Below, in pieces: positions 39,314-49,240 of a stretch of 64,000 nt of DNA. Position numbers and translations under genes: made by a program. The notes beneath the pieces are model-generated. The model saw only the letters and a list, made by a program, of their open reading frames with translations, searched no databases and was not told the DNA's origin. Origin of the DNA: Gemmatimonadaceae bacterium (GTDB lineage Bacteria > Gemmatimonadota > Gemmatimonadetes > Gemmatimonadales > Gemmatimonadaceae); the NCBI GenBank assembly GCA_044224875.1, contig JBGAJQ010000016.1:19975-83974 (forward strand). The letters are read 5' to 3'. How positions within the stretch are numbered: position 1 is the first letter of the stretch; every line of letters starts with the position of its first letter.

Positions 39314-39770
39314 GGCGTTGTTGTGGTGGGGAACCGCAGGGCTGGTCCTAACGAGTGCGTGTGCGACGCTGGGCATGGCGCACTTCAAGGAACCCGTCGT
39401 GACGTTCAAGGACGTCAAGGTCACGGGCCTGGGTGTGGCTGGCGGCTCCATGGAGATCGTCCTCGACGTGTACAATCCCAATAACTTTCGGCTCGACGGC
39501 AGCCGCCTCACCTACAAGCTCATGGTCGATACGGTGACGTTCGGGGTCGGCGCCTACGACAGTCGCTTTCAGGTCGAAAAGGACCAATCGTCCGAGGTTC
39601 GCCTCCCGTTCAACTTCACGTACACGGGAATCGGCGCGGCTGGGCGGCAGCTGATGCAGACCGGAAGCGTCGAGTACCGCGTCATGGGGGACGTGACGGT
39701 GAACACACCCCTCGGCGCGTTCACGCGCCCGTACGACCAGCGCGGCCGTTTCAATTCGATGAGCCGGTAG
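39306..39770 (+). CDS. LEA type 2 / WHy-domain lipoprotein
   Basis: Lipobox 'LTSAC'; 'LDVYNPNNF' motif; beta-rich. Confidence 0.8.
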   Translation: MRKALLWWGTAGLVLTSACATLGMAHFKEPVVTFKDVKVTGLGVAGGSMEIVLDVYNPNNFRLDGSRLTYKLMVDTVTFGVGAYDSRFQVEKDQSSEVRLPFNFTYTGIGAAGRQLMQTGSVEYRVMGDVTVNTPLGAFTRPYDQRGRFNSMSR

Positions 39771-39863
39771 TCCCTGCGTCGCACAACGGGCGTGGTTATA
39801 GATTGCAGGGCGATCGCGCTGACTGGCGCGTTTGGCCACTCCTGATTTGCTGACGAGAATCGT

Positions 39864-41162
39864 ATTTCCAAAGAACTGATCTCCCTCGAGGCGCCGGTTG
39901 AGCGTACGCTGTTGGTTGGCGCGCCGCGCAAGCGCACCGGCGCCCGCCATCAGGTGGATGAGCACCTGGAGGAGCTGGAGCGCCTTGCCGATACCGCCGG
40001 GGCTCGTGTGGTTGGGACGCTCACGCAGATGCTGGACCGTCCGAACTCGGCGACGTACCTGGGCTCCGGCAAGATCGAGGAACTGCGCGGGCGCATCGAA
40101 TCGGAGGACGTGTCGCTCGTCATCTTCGATGATGAGCTCACACCCTCCCAAGGCAAGAACATCGAGGATGCGATCGGTCGGCGGGTCATGGATCGCGCGG
40201 AGCTCATCCTCGACATTTTTGCCACGAGGGCCCGAAGTCGCGAGGCTCGCCTCCAGGTGGAGCTGGCGCAGCTGGAGTACATGCTCCCGCGCCTGACTCG
40301 AATGTGGACGCACCTTGAGAAATTCCGTGGCGGTATTGGGGTTCGCGGCCCAGGTGAAACACAGCTGGAGACGGACCGGCGCCTCATTTCGCAGCGCATC
40401 CGTGTGTTGAAGGAGCGTCTTGCCGATGTGCAGCGCTCGCGCGCCGTGCAGCGACAGGGACGCAAGGGGGAGTTTCGGGCGGCCCTCGTCGGCTACACGA
40501 ACGCCGGGAAGTCATCGCTCCTGCGCGCCATGTCTGGTGACCGCGACGTGTTCGTCGAGGACCGGTTGTTCGCGACGCTGGACACCCTCACGCGCGAGGT
40601 CGATGTCGGCGAACGGCAGCATGTGCTCCTGACGGATACCGTCGGCTTCATCCGGAAGCTCCCGCACCACCTGGTCGCGTCGTTTCGCGCAACGTTGGAG
40701 GAGGTGTTGGAGGCCGACCTGCTGTTACATGTCATCGACGCCAGCCAGGACTCGTGGGAAGAGCAGCGCGACGTCGTTGAGGAGGTCTTGGCCGAGTTGG
40801 GCGCGCGCGAGAAACCCGTGCTCTATGTGTTCAACAAGGTGGACCTGCTCACTCCCGACGAGCAACGCGGGTTGCAGGAGCGGCTACGCGCGATGCTTCC
40901 TGAACACGTGCTCGTCTCTGCTCGAAGCGCGGCCGGCGTGGAGCCGCTTCTCGCCGAATTGCGCGCTCGGCTGCTGGCCCTTCGCCCCCTCACGGAGTTG
41001 AGGGTTTCGGCCGGCGATGGGCGCCTGTTGGCTGACATCCACCGCTCGGGAGAGGTTGTCGACCAGCGGTCGGATGGCGACGTGATGGTCCTCACGACGC
41101 GCATGGATCCGGCCTCGATTGCGCGTCTCCAGCGGGCAGGGGCGGTGGTCGGCACTCCGTAA
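39864..41162 (+). CDS. hflX: Ribosome-splitting GTPase HflX (probable ATT start; first canonical start TTG 39912)
   Basis: 'EL..LA.TAG', 'LGSGK', 'LILDIFA.RA', '[12 protein letters not shown]', G1 'GYTNAGKS', 'LFATLD', 'DTVGF', 'NKVD'. Confidence 0.93.
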   Translation: MSKELISLEAPVERTLLVGAPRKRTGARHQVDEHLEELERLADTAGARVVGTLTQMLDRPNSATYLGSGKIEELRGRIESEDVSLVIFDDELTPSQGKNIEDAIGRRVMDRAELILDIFATRARSREARLQVELAQLEYMLPRLTRMWTHLEKFRGGIGVRGPGETQLETDRRLISQRIRVLKERLADVQRSRAVQRQGRKGEFRAALVGYTNAGKSSLLRAMSGDRDVFVEDRLFATLDTLTREVDVGERQHVLLTDTVGFIRKLPHHLVASFRATLEEVLEADLLLHVIDASQDSWEEQRDVVEEVLAELGAREKPVLYVFNKVDLLTPDEQRGLQERLRAMLPEHVLVSARSAAGVEPLLAELRARLLALRPLTELRVSAGDGRLLADIHRSGEVVDQRSDGDVMVLTTRMDPASIARLQRAGAVVGTP

Positions 41163-41191
41163 CACGCTCCCACCGCATTATCCTACGGCCC

Positions 41192-42187
41192 ATGCGAAAA
41201 GCGCTGATCACAGGCATTACGGGGCAGGACGGGTCGTACCTGGCCGAGTTGCTCCTTGGCAAGGGATACGAGGTGCACGGCGTTGTGCGTCGTTCGTCGC
41301 AGTTCAACACCGGCCGCATCGAGCCGATCTACCTGAGCGAGCACCTGCCGGGCGAACGGCTCCACTTGCACTACGGCGATTTGCACGACGCGTCGTCCCT
41401 GCAACGTATCCTAGCCAGGGTTGCACCTGATGAGGTCTACAACCTGGGCGCGCAGAGTCACGTGCGCATCTCGTTCGACATTCCCGAATACACCGTCGAC
41501 GTCGCGGGGCTTGGCACGTTGCGGCTGCTGGAGGCGATTCGCAACCTCGGCATGTCGCCTCGATTCTATCAGGCGTCGTCCAGCGAGCAATACGGCAAGG
41601 TCGCGGCCGTTCCACAGAGCGAAGTGACGCCGTTCCATCCGCGGTCGCCGTATGCCTGCGCGAAGGTCTTTGCCCACCACGCCACGGTCAACTACCGCGA
41701 GTCCTACGGGCTCCACGCGTCGTGCGGCATCCTGTTCAATCACGAAAGTCCGCGCCGCGGTGAGAACTTTGTGACGCGGAAGATCACGCGCGGCCTCACG
41801 CGGATCAAACTGGGGTTGCAGCCGAAGCTCTTCCTGGGAAACCTGGACGCGCAGCGTGATTGGGGCTTCGCGGGCGACTATGTGGAAGCGATGTGGTTAA
41901 TGCTGCAACAACCCGTGCCTGACGACTATGTCGTTGCAACAGGCGAGACCCACTCGGTGCGCGAGTTCCTGGACGCCGTGAGCGAGGTGATCGACCTGGA
42001 CTGGGAGCGCTATGTGGAGATCGATCCCAAGTACTACCGTCCCGCGGAAGTCGACCTGCTGCTCGGGGACGCCAGCAAGGCGAAGCGGCAACTCGGATGG
42101 ACGGCGCGAACTCCGTTTCGTGACCTGGTGCGCCTGATGACCGAGGCCGACCTGGCGCTGGCGCAGCAGGAGCTACGGTCCGAGTAA
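41192..42187 (+). CDS. gmd: GDP-mannose 4,6-dehydratase
   Basis: '[14 protein letters not shown]', 'AQSHV', 'QASSSE', 'PRSPYACAK', 'FNHESPRRG', 'RDWG'. Confidence 0.96.
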   Translation: MRKALITGITGQDGSYLAELLLGKGYEVHGVVRRSSQFNTGRIEPIYLSEHLPGERLHLHYGDLHDASSLQRILARVAPDEVYNLGAQSHVRISFDIPEYTVDVAGLGTLRLLEAIRNLGMSPRFYQASSSEQYGKVAAVPQSEVTPFHPRSPYACAKVFAHHATVNYRESYGLHASCGILFNHESPRRGENFVTRKITRGLTRIKLGLQPKLFLGNLDAQRDWGFAGDYVEAMWLMLQQPVPDDYVVATGETHSVREFLDAVSEVIDLDWERYVEIDPKYYRPAEVDLLLGDASKAKRQLGWTARTPFRDLVRLMTEADLALAQQELRSE

Positions 42188-42203
42188 CCCACTGAGCCAG
42201 TGA

Positions 42204-42240
42204 ACAAAAGGGGCGTCATTGCGAAAATGACGCCCCTTCG
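42204..42240. terminator. Intrinsic terminator between convergent gmd and tRNA-Val
   Basis: 13-bp inverted repeat AAGGGGCGTCATT-gcgaa-AATGACGCCCCTT (42208-42238); T-run follows on the minus strand. Confidence 0.85.
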
Positions 42241-42250
42241 TGCCTTCGGA

Positions 42251-42324
42251 TGGTCGCGCAGGGACTCGAACCCCGGACCTCTGGTATGTGAGACCAGCGC
42301 TCTAACCAGCTGAGCTACGCGACC
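42251..42324 (-). tRNA. tRNA-Val (anticodon CAC)
   Basis: Cloverleaf GGTCGCG..GCTC/GAGC..CTGGT-CTCACAT-ACCAG..GGTTCGAG..CGCGACC-A; CCA not encoded. Confidence 0.95.
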
Positions 42325-42394
42325 GAAACCGCTGTCGAGTTCGACAAGGGTGGGGGAGAACGTTAATCAGCCGCAGGGAGGGTGGGTAGCCCTG

Positions 42395-42889
42395 CTAGCG
42401 GAACTCCACCGGTCCCAGCTCGGCCTGGATCGCGCGATCCCCCAGCAACAGTCGCGGGATTACCGACTGCCGGAAACGGAAGATGCGTAGCAGCTGGCGG
42501 CGCACGAGCGGGTGCACCAGGTCGCCCACCACACCTAACGGGAGTCGGTAAAGGACTTCGTCGGATATACGCGTCCCGTTCGCGACCTCGTCGAACTGGT
42601 GATGATGCACCCACTCCGCGTACGGGCCGTGGAGCTGCACGTCGACGAACTCATTTGGCGGATTCCATACGGAAATGAGGGTGCGCCAGCGCATGGGTAC
42701 TCCGTGCAACCCAATGCGGTAGTCGATGAGTGCTCCCGGCCGCATTTCTATAGGAGCTGGCGTCCTGATCGAGAAGTTCAGTTCGGGGGGAGTGAGTCGC
42801 TCCAGGTTGGTGGCGTTCGAGAAGAAGTCGAACACGTTCGGCCGCGGGAGCGGGACAACGAGGGACGAGCGCAGAACGTGTTGCGGCAT
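42395..42889 (-). CDS. SRPBCC-family ligand-binding protein
   Basis: 'VFDFFS..NL..LTPP', 'G..IDY', 'W.T.I..W.PP..FVD.Q..GPY..W.H.H.F', 'IFRFRQ'. Confidence 0.85.
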   Translation of the reverse strand: MPQHVLRSSLVVPLPRPNVFDFFSNATNLERLTPPELNFSIRTPAPIEMRPGALIDYRIGLHGVPMRWRTLISVWNPPNEFVDVQLHGPYAEWVHHHQFDEVANGTRISDEVLYRLPLGVVGDLVHPLVRRQLLRIFRFRQSVIPRLLLGDRAIQAELGPVEFR

Positions 42890-43023
42890 GGTGGAAATGT
42901 TGCCCCGAATCCATGTTGTGTTCAACGATTGTCCATCTATTTGCAGGCGGGCGCCGACCCCCGCTCGTGCCTTTGCGCGAAGGCGCTTCGCGCGGGAGAT
43001 TGGCGCCTTAACGGGGGACTCGT

Positions 43024-44406
43024 TTGGGCCTTCTCTCCATACTCGACCGCGAGCACAGCATTGCGCCGCCGACTTACAACCGGTGGCGAGTGCCTCCGGC
43101 TGCACTCGCGATTCATCTCGCGATCGGCCAGGCGTACGCATTCAGCGTCTTCAACCTTCCGCTCTCGACACTGCGCGGGATATCAACCAGCGCCCCGGAT
43201 GATTGGAAGCTGACGACGATCGGTTGGATCTTTAGTGTGGCGATCGTTTTCCTGGGGCTGTCCGCGTTCACCTTTGGGCGTTGGCTCGAGGGGGCAGGTC
43301 CCCGGAAGGCGATGTTCGCGTCCGCTGCATGCTTTGGTGGGGGCTTTCTCGTCGCGGCGGCCGGCGTATCGGTTCACGCGATCTGGCTCGTGTACCTCGG
43401 GTACGGCGTGATTGGTGGGATTGGGCTTGGTCTGGGCTACATCTCGCCGGTATCCACCCTCATCAAGTGGTTTCCCGATCGCCCGGGAATGGCAACCGGG
43501 CTGGCGATCATGGGGTTTGGGGGTGGAGCGATGATCGGCTCACCCTTGGCGGTTGGACTCATGGAACACTTCAAGACTCCGGCGTCGATGGGAGTGGCGG
43601 AGACGTTCGTGGTCATGGGTCTGTTGTACTTCGTCTTCATGATGTTCGGCGTGTTCACCGTACGGCTTCCGTCGCCGGACTGGCACGCTCCGACCCGAGC
43701 GAGTCGCCTAACGCGGCGAGTGCCGGCCGCCGCCGACGTTCTTGTCACGGAGTCGATTCGCACACCGCAATTCTGGCTGTTGTGGGGGGTGCTGTGCCTG
43801 AATGTGACGGCGGGCATCGGCGTGCTGGGGCAGGCTTCACCCATGATCCAGGAGATGTTCCCCGGCGCCATCACGGCGAGTGCGGCCGCAGGGTTCGTGG
43901 GGTTGCTCAGCCTCGCCAACATGGCCGGTCGGTTTGTCTGGTCGTCCTTGTCCGACGTGCTAGGGCGCCGCCGAACCTACATGGTCTATTTCGCGTTAGG
44001 CGCCGTGCTCTATGCCTCGGTGCCGTGGACGGGGCGAGCCGGGAACGTCGTGCTCTTCGTGTTGTTCTATGTCGTCATCATGTCCATGTATGGCGGAGGA
44101 TTCGCGACGATCCCGGCCTACCTGCGCGACATGTTCGGTGTGCTTCACGTCGGGGCCATTCATGGTCGCTTGCTGACCGCGTGGTCGTTGGCTGGCGTCG
44201 CGGGCCCGGTCCTGGTGAATTACATCCGCGAGTATCAGTTGGCCCATGGGGTGCCCAAGGCGGAGGCATATTCCGTGACGATGGAAGTGATGGCGGTGCT
44301 GCTCGTGATCGGGTTTGCCTGCAATTGGATGGTGAAGGCGGTGAATCCGATCCACCTGGCGCCCCCGGCTGGCGCGTCATTACGCTCGCCTCAGGAGGCG
44401 CCATGA
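43024..44406 (+). CDS. OFA (oxalate/formate antiporter)-family MFS transporter
   Basis: About 12 TM helices; '[10 protein letters not shown]', '[22 protein letters not shown]', '[15 protein letters not shown]'. Confidence 0.9.
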   Translation: MGLLSILDREHSIAPPTYNRWRVPPAALAIHLAIGQAYAFSVFNLPLSTLRGISTSAPDDWKLTTIGWIFSVAIVFLGLSAFTFGRWLEGAGPRKAMFASAACFGGGFLVAAAGVSVHAIWLVYLGYGVIGGIGLGLGYISPVSTLIKWFPDRPGMATGLAIMGFGGGAMIGSPLAVGLMEHFKTPASMGVAETFVVMGLLYFVFMMFGVFTVRLPSPDWHAPTRASRLTRRVPAAADVLVTESIRTPQFWLLWGVLCLNVTAGIGVLGQASPMIQEMFPGAITASAAAGFVGLLSLANMAGRFVWSSLSDVLGRRRTYMVYFALGAVLYASVPWTGRAGNVVLFVLFYVVIMSMYGGGFATIPAYLRDMFGVLHVGAIHGRLLTAWSLAGVAGPVLVNYIREYQLAHGVPKAEAYSVTMEVMAVLLVIGFACNWMVKAVNPIHLAPPAGASLRSPQEAP

Positions 44407-44558
44407 ACGCTCGTGAGGCCGCCCGGGTGGACGCGCGCGAGGTTCGCGGCGAACGCGGGAGCCGTCTGGCGCTGTGGGTGTCCTGGCTCGTGGTCGGGAT
44501 TCCCGCGGCGTGGGGAGTGTCGCAGGTGGTGGTGAAGAGTCTGGCCCTCTTTCGTTAG
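44403..44558 (+). CDS. 51-aa single-TM small protein coupled to the MFS gene
   Basis: ATGA overlap with MFS stop, SD AGGAGG; 'SWLVVGIPAAWGVSQVVVKSLALF'. Confidence 0.75.
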   Translation: MNAREAARVDAREVRGERGSRLALWVSWLVVGIPAAWGVSQVVVKSLALFR

Positions 44559-44616
44559 GGGAACAGTCGCCGGTCCGCTGCCGGCGTGCGGCACAACGGG
44601 TCACCGAGGAGCTGCG

Positions 44617-45192
44617 ATGGTGAAGCAGTCAGCTGCAACAGCAGGGGAAGGGGCGGCCACGCACGTCGGCCTGCTGCGAGGGGTGAACCTTGGCCCGTCG
44701 CGACGGCTGGCGATGTCTGACCTGCGCGCCTTCCTCACGTCACTCGGGTTTGGCCAAGTGCAGACGGTGCTCCAGAGCGGCAACTTCGTCTTCACTGGCG
44801 GCCGAAAGTCCCCGGCGTCCCTCGAGCAGTTACTTGAAGCGGCGAGTGCACGCGGCCTGCGCATGGAGACCGAGGTGTTTGTGCGGACGGCCTCGGAGTG
44901 GGACACGCTGATCAAGCGAAACCCGTTCCCAGCCGAAGCGTTGCGCGACCCGAGTCACGTGTTGGCCACGGCGCTCAAGGACGCACCGACGGCTCGCGCG
45001 ATCGAGGCGCTCACCAAGTTCCACCATGGCCCCGAGCCTTTTGTCGTCGACGGTCGGGTGGCTTACGCGTACTACCCAGAGGGGATCGCCCGTTCAAAGC
45101 TCGCTCTGGCGATGGACACCAAGTTGGGGACGCGTGGGACGGCGAGGAACTGGAACACGGTGCTCAAACTCGCCGCACTCGTTGGGCTATGA
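44617..45192 (+). CDS. DUF1697-family protein
   Basis: 'LLRGVNLG', 'M.DLR', 'V.T..QSGN', 'NPF', 'TARNWNTV.KL'. Confidence 0.88.
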   Translation: MVKQSAATAGEGAATHVGLLRGVNLGPSRRLAMSDLRAFLTSLGFGQVQTVLQSGNFVFTGGRKSPASLEQLLEAASARGLRMETEVFVRTASEWDTLIKRNPFPAEALRDPSHVLATALKDAPTARAIEALTKFHHGPEPFVVDGRVAYAYYPEGIARSKLALAMDTKLGTRGTARNWNTVLKLAALVGL

Positions 45193-45193
45193 A

Positions 45194-45267
45194 TGGGCCC
45201 TGCAGGGATCGAACCTGCGACCGTCGGATTATGAGTCCGCTGCTCTAACCGGCTGAGCTAAGGGCCC
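45194..45267 (-). tRNA. tRNA with CAT anticodon, most likely tRNA-Ile2 (lysidine)
   Basis: GGGCCCTTAGCTCAG..GGTTAGAGCA-GCGGA-CTCATAA-TCCGA..GCAGGTTCGATCCCTGC-AGGGCCC-A; paired G1-C72 and no GGG/CCC anticodon stem, so not initiator; ileX-like stems. Confidence 0.88.
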
Positions 45268-45381
45268 TGAAACTCAAGGTAAGATACGACGGCGAGCGAT
45301 TCCTGCCACCGGGGGCGTGGGCAGGGACGGCGTCCCAGATCGCGTCGTTCGGCGGGAGTTCGCAAACGGCCACCGGCCTCG

Positions 45382-46386
45382 TTAGGTCGAATGGCCATGG
45401 ATGTGCTCGTACGCCTCGATGATTTCCTCCGGTGTCACCGTGGCGGCACCCAACTTCCCCACTTCCACGCCGGCGGCATAGTTCGCCACCACCGCAGCTT
45501 CGAAGGCCGTTGCGCCAGCGGCCATGGCCGTGGCCAGGTACGCCGTCACCGTGTCGCCAGCTCCTACGACATCGTAGACCTCGCGTGCCGTGGTGGGAAT
45601 GCGATGCACGTCGCCCTGCGCGGACACCAATGCCATGCCACGCTCACCCAGGGTCAGCAGCAAGTGATCCACGCCTAACCGGCGAAAGACCTCGGGCAGG
45701 GCGCCGGCCTCGTCCAGTGACACCGCAGCGCCTAACGCGGATTCGAGCTCGCGCCGGTTTGGCTTGAAGATCGTTGCCCCCCGGAAGGCGAAGAAGTTCC
45801 GGAACTTCGGGTCCACGATGATCGGGAGCCCGCGCCCCTTCGCCACGCTGATGGCGCTCTCGATCAGCGCGGGGACGAGCACACCCTTGTTGTAGTCCTC
45901 GAGCACCAGCGCGTCGGCCCCTTGAATCAACGTGCTCACGGCGTCCGTCAAGCGCGAGACGTCGCCCGAACTCAGGTCCGAATCGTCCTCCTCATCAAAC
46001 CGCACCACCTGTTGGGCGCGGGCGACGATTCGCGTCTTCGTCGTCGTCGGCCGGTCGACATCGAGCAGTGCGCGTCCATCCGCCCGGAGGGCGAGCAGCA
46101 TGTCCCGCAGCCGCGTACCGGCTGCGTCGCGGCCCACGGCGCCCACCAAAAGTCCCTCAGCGCCGGTCGCGGCAACATTCTGCGCCACATTGGCGGCGCC
46201 GCCCAACGCATAACGACGCTCGCGCACCCGCACCACCGGCACCGGAGCCTCGGGCGAAATGCGCTCCACATCGCCATGCAAATACACGTCGAGCATGGCG
46301 TCGCCTACGACCACCACACGGCGCCCTCGCATCCCAGTCAGCAGGGCGTGCAACCGATCTCGAGTCAGGATGGCGGGTGCGGACAT
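45382..46386 (-). CDS. D-glycero-D-manno-heptose 7-phosphate kinase (HldE kinase domain only; RfaE1/HldA)
   Basis: 'GD.MLD.Y..G.V.RISPEAPVPV', 'GGAANVA', 'DYNKG', 'VDPK', 'PNRRE', PfkB 'DVVGAGDTV'. Confidence 0.9.
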   Translation of the reverse strand: MSAPAILTRDRLHALLTGMRGRRVVVVGDAMLDVYLHGDVERISPEAPVPVVRVRERRYALGGAANVAQNVAATGAEGLLVGAVGRDAAGTRLRDMLLALRADGRALLDVDRPTTTKTRIVARAQQVVRFDEEDDSDLSSGDVSRLTDAVSTLIQGADALVLEDYNKGVLVPALIESAISVAKGRGLPIIVDPKFRNFFAFRGATIFKPNRRELESALGAAVSLDEAGALPEVFRRLGVDHLLLTLGERGMALVSAQGDVHRIPTTAREVYDVVGAGDTVTAYLATAMAAGATAFEAAVVANYAAGVEVGKLGAATVTPEEIIEAYEHIHGHST

Positions 46387-46503
46387 GGCCCCGAAGCTAG
46401 AGCGTCGCGAGACCGTCGGTCAACGCCCTTGCTGCAACCAATCCAGTTCCCACTCGGTTATCTTTCCTGCCCCCCACGCGATTGGTCAATAATCTCGGTT
46501 GCC

Positions 46504-47496
46504 ATGCAGACCTATCAGCTCGACGTTCACGTCACCCGTGGGGATTGCATCGAGTCCGTGCATCGCGTACACGCGGCGATCGTTGACGCCGACGGCGTCA
46601 TACGCGCGCAGGCACGAGACCCCAACTACTTCACGGCTTGGCGCTCGTGCGCAAAACCCTTTCAGGTGATGCCGCTGGTCGAGATCGGCGGCGTGGATGA
46701 ACTGGGGTGGGGCGACGAGGAATTAGCGTTGGCGTGTGCGTCGCACGGCGGTGAACCTGAACATGTCAGCCTGGCCGAGAGCATGTTGAAGGACATCGGC
46801 TTGGAGGAGGGGGACCTCGCGTGTGGACCTCATGAGCCACTCTCCAAGCGAGGCGCGCGGCAGCTCAGGGAAACCGGCGCCGGCGCTACGCGATTACACA
46901 ACAACTGCTCCGGAAAGCACGCGGCGATGCTGGCCCGAGCGCATCTGTCCGGATGGTCGACCAATGGCTACGAGCGGGACGGACATCCCGTGCAGGAAGC
47001 TTGCGCCAGAAGCGTGGCCGACTGGACTGCGGTGAAGGAGGAAGACCTCGGGCGTGGCATCGATGGCTGCGGAGTTGTCGTCTTCTCTCTTCCGCTTGCG
47101 AAGATGGCAGGATCGTATGCTCGGCTCGCATCCGCGGTGGCGCGCGGGGATGACGTTCCCACGAGAGTCATCTCTGCCATGCGACAACATCCATTCCTCG
47201 TGGGTGGCACCGATCGTATCGATACCGTGCTCATGGAAGAAACGGCCGGGCGCGTTTTGGCAAAGGTCGGCGCCGAAGGTGTCCACACGGCGGTCTCTTT
47301 CGACTTGGGCCTGGGCGTCGCCATCAAGGTGGAAGACGGCGCGAGCCGAGCACAGTATCCGGCGCTCATTCGAGTGTTGCAGTGCATGGGCGCACTCCCC
47401 GAACCACTACCGCAGCGGCTGCACGAGTATGCCCGCTCTCGCGTGAAGAACACGCGAGGCGAGGTGGTCGGGGAAGTCCGCATCGCCCGTTCATGA
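46504..47496 (+). CDS. L-asparaginase II (Rhizobium-type, class 3)
   Basis: 'RG..ESVH', 'RS.AKPFQ', 'ACASH.GE', 'HNNCSGKH', 'DGCG', 'KVGAEGV', 'KVEDG'. Confidence 0.88.
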   Translation: MQTYQLDVHVTRGDCIESVHRVHAAIVDADGVIRAQARDPNYFTAWRSCAKPFQVMPLVEIGGVDELGWGDEELALACASHGGEPEHVSLAESMLKDIGLEEGDLACGPHEPLSKRGARQLRETGAGATRLHNNCSGKHAAMLARAHLSGWSTNGYERDGHPVQEACARSVADWTAVKEEDLGRGIDGCGVVVFSLPLAKMAGSYARLASAVARGDDVPTRVISAMRQHPFLVGGTDRIDTVLMEETAGRVLAKVGAEGVHTAVSFDLGLGVAIKVEDGASRAQYPALIRVLQCMGALPEPLPQRLHEYARSRVKNTRGEVVGEVRIARS

Positions 47497-48206
47497 GCAG
47501 GGAAGAGAAGGCTCCGTCCCGCGTGGATTTGGTGACGGACGGATCGAACGAGGCTCGCATCGTGGCGCCGTTGGATGATGCAACGCGGGCGATCGTTCGG
47601 TTGGCGGGCGGCGTCGCGTCGGCGGATGAATCCGCGCTGCGTCCTTACCTGACTGAGGCGGCCCAACGCGCACCTGGACCGTGGGTGGAGGAAGTGTTGC
47701 TGCAATCGTACTTGTTCGCCGGGTTCCCGCGGGCGCTGAATGCGATGCGAGAGTGGCGTCGCATCAGCGGACTTGCGGCGCCCGATGCTGACGCGGGTGA
47801 GCGACTCGACACCGCGGAGGAGTGGAACGCGCGCGGCCAGGACACCTGTGCCACGGTGTACGGTCCATTCTACGAGCGGTTGCGCCACAACATCCGGTCG
47901 TTGCACCCGGCGCTGGATGCGTGGATGATCACGGAAGGCTATGGCAAGGTCCTCTCGCGTCCGGCCCTCGATCTGGGGCGCCGCGAGTTGTGCATCGTCT
48001 CAGCCTGCGCGTCGTCTCGCCAGGATCGTCAGCTGCACTCGCACTTGCACGGGGCACGCCACGCCGGGGTCTCGGATGCGGCGATCGAGGATGCGTTGCG
48101 CCAGATCAGCGACCTCCTCGGCACGGCCGGCTTGTCGCGCGTGATGCACCTGTGGAGTCGTGTCCGCAATGGTACGGCCAGCAGCGCCCCGAACGTTTCT
48201 GCCTGA
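47493..48206 (+). CDS. Carboxymuconolactone decarboxylase (CMD/AhpD-like) family protein
   Basis: 'E.LLQ..LFAGFPRALNA', 'YG.VLSRP.L....REL', 'QL.SH..GA..AG'. Confidence 0.78.
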   Translation: MSREEKAPSRVDLVTDGSNEARIVAPLDDATRAIVRLAGGVASADESALRPYLTEAAQRAPGPWVEEVLLQSYLFAGFPRALNAMREWRRISGLAAPDADAGERLDTAEEWNARGQDTCATVYGPFYERLRHNIRSLHPALDAWMITEGYGKVLSRPALDLGRRELCIVSACASSRQDRQLHSHLHGARHAGVSDAAIEDALRQISDLLGTAGLSRVMHLWSRVRNGTASSAPNVSA

Positions 48207-48220
48207 GGCTCGTTTCGCCG

Positions 48221-49240
48221 ATGTTCATCGATCGCGTAGTGGTGAAGGTGACGGCAGGAACCGGCGGGTCGGGCGCGTCATCGTTTCGCCGTGAGAAGTT
48301 TGTCCCCATGGGCGGCCCCGACGGCGGCGATGGAGGGCGCGGAGGAGACGTCCTGGTGCGCGGGGACAGCAATCTCGCGACGCTGTTGGACTACACGTAC
48401 CGAGATGCGTGGGAAGCCGAGCGCGGCGAGCACGGCATGGGCTCGAACAAGACGGGGCGATCCGGAAAGGATGTCGTGCTCCCGGTACCCCCGGGCACCG
48501 TGATTCGGGACGCCTCGACAGGTGACTTTGTCGGCGAGATTCTCGCGAACGGGGAGGAGTTGCGGGTGGCCAAGGGCGGTCGGGGTGGCAAGGGGAACGC
48601 CTTCTTCGTCACCTCCACGCACCAGTCACCGCGTGAATGGCAGCCCGGTGAGGAGGGGGAGCAGCGGGCGTTGGAGTTGGAATTGAAGCTGATCGCCGAC
48701 GTGGGGTTGGTCGGACAGCCTAACGCGGGAAAGAGCACGCTCCTCTCGGTGATTTCCGCGGCTCGCCCGAAAATCGCGGACTATCCCTTCACCACGCTGG
48801 CGCCGAACCTCGGGGTCGTCTCACTGTCCGACTCGCGTACCTTTGTGGTGGCAGACATTCCCGGGATTATCGAGGGAGCGCACGCGGGCAAGGGACTTGG
48901 CCTGCAGTTCCTGCGGCACATCGAACGGACGCGGCTGGTGGCGATGCTGATCCCGATCGATGCCATGGAGTGGCAGCAGGAGTACGACACGTTGCGCCGC
49001 GAACTGGCGGCTTATTCCGACGAGCTGGCCCGGAAGCCGCACTGCGTGGTCTTCACGAAACTCGACTTGTTAGGCGAGGACTTCGTGCCGGAGATCGATG
49101 CCCCGGGCTCCTTCGGCACATGGAGTATCAGCGCCGCGGCGCGCACGGGCCTCGACGAGTTGCTGGCTGGCTGGTGGTCGCAGCTGCTGGCCATGCGAAA
49201 GGCGTCCGACGCCGCCGCCCAGAGTGTCGACGCCATTTGA
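48221..49240 (+). CDS. obgE: GTPase ObgE/CgtA
   Basis: 'SFRREKFVP.GGPDGGDGGRGG', 'ELKLIADVGLVG.PNAGKSTL', 'YPFTT', 'DIPG', 'TKLD'. Confidence 0.96.
   Translation: MFIDRVVVKVTAGTGGSGASSFRREKFVPMGGPDGGDGGRGGDVLVRGDSNLATLLDYTYRDAWEAERGEHGMGSNKTGRSGKDVVLPVPPGTVIRDASTGDFVGEILANGEELRVAKGGRGGKGNAFFVTSTHQSPREWQPGEEGEQRALELELKLIADVGLVGQPNAGKSTLLSVISAARPKIADYPFTTLAPNLGVVSLSDSRTFVVADIPGIIEGAHAGKGLGLQFLRHIERTRLVAMLIPIDAMEWQQEYDTLRRELAAYSDELARKPHCVVFTKLDLLGEDFVPEIDAPGSFGTWSISAAARTGLDELLAGWWSQLLAMRKASDAAAQSVDAI

Noticed and set aside
42383..42395. TGGGTAGCCCTGC resembling the tRNA-Ile2 3' end (possible att remnant)
   Set aside because: Only about 7 contiguous identical bases in GC-rich DNA, and no integrase nearby.
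45922..46503. N-terminal extension of the asparaginase II ORF
   Set aside because: It lies antisense to the heptose kinase gene; family similarity begins at ATG 46504.
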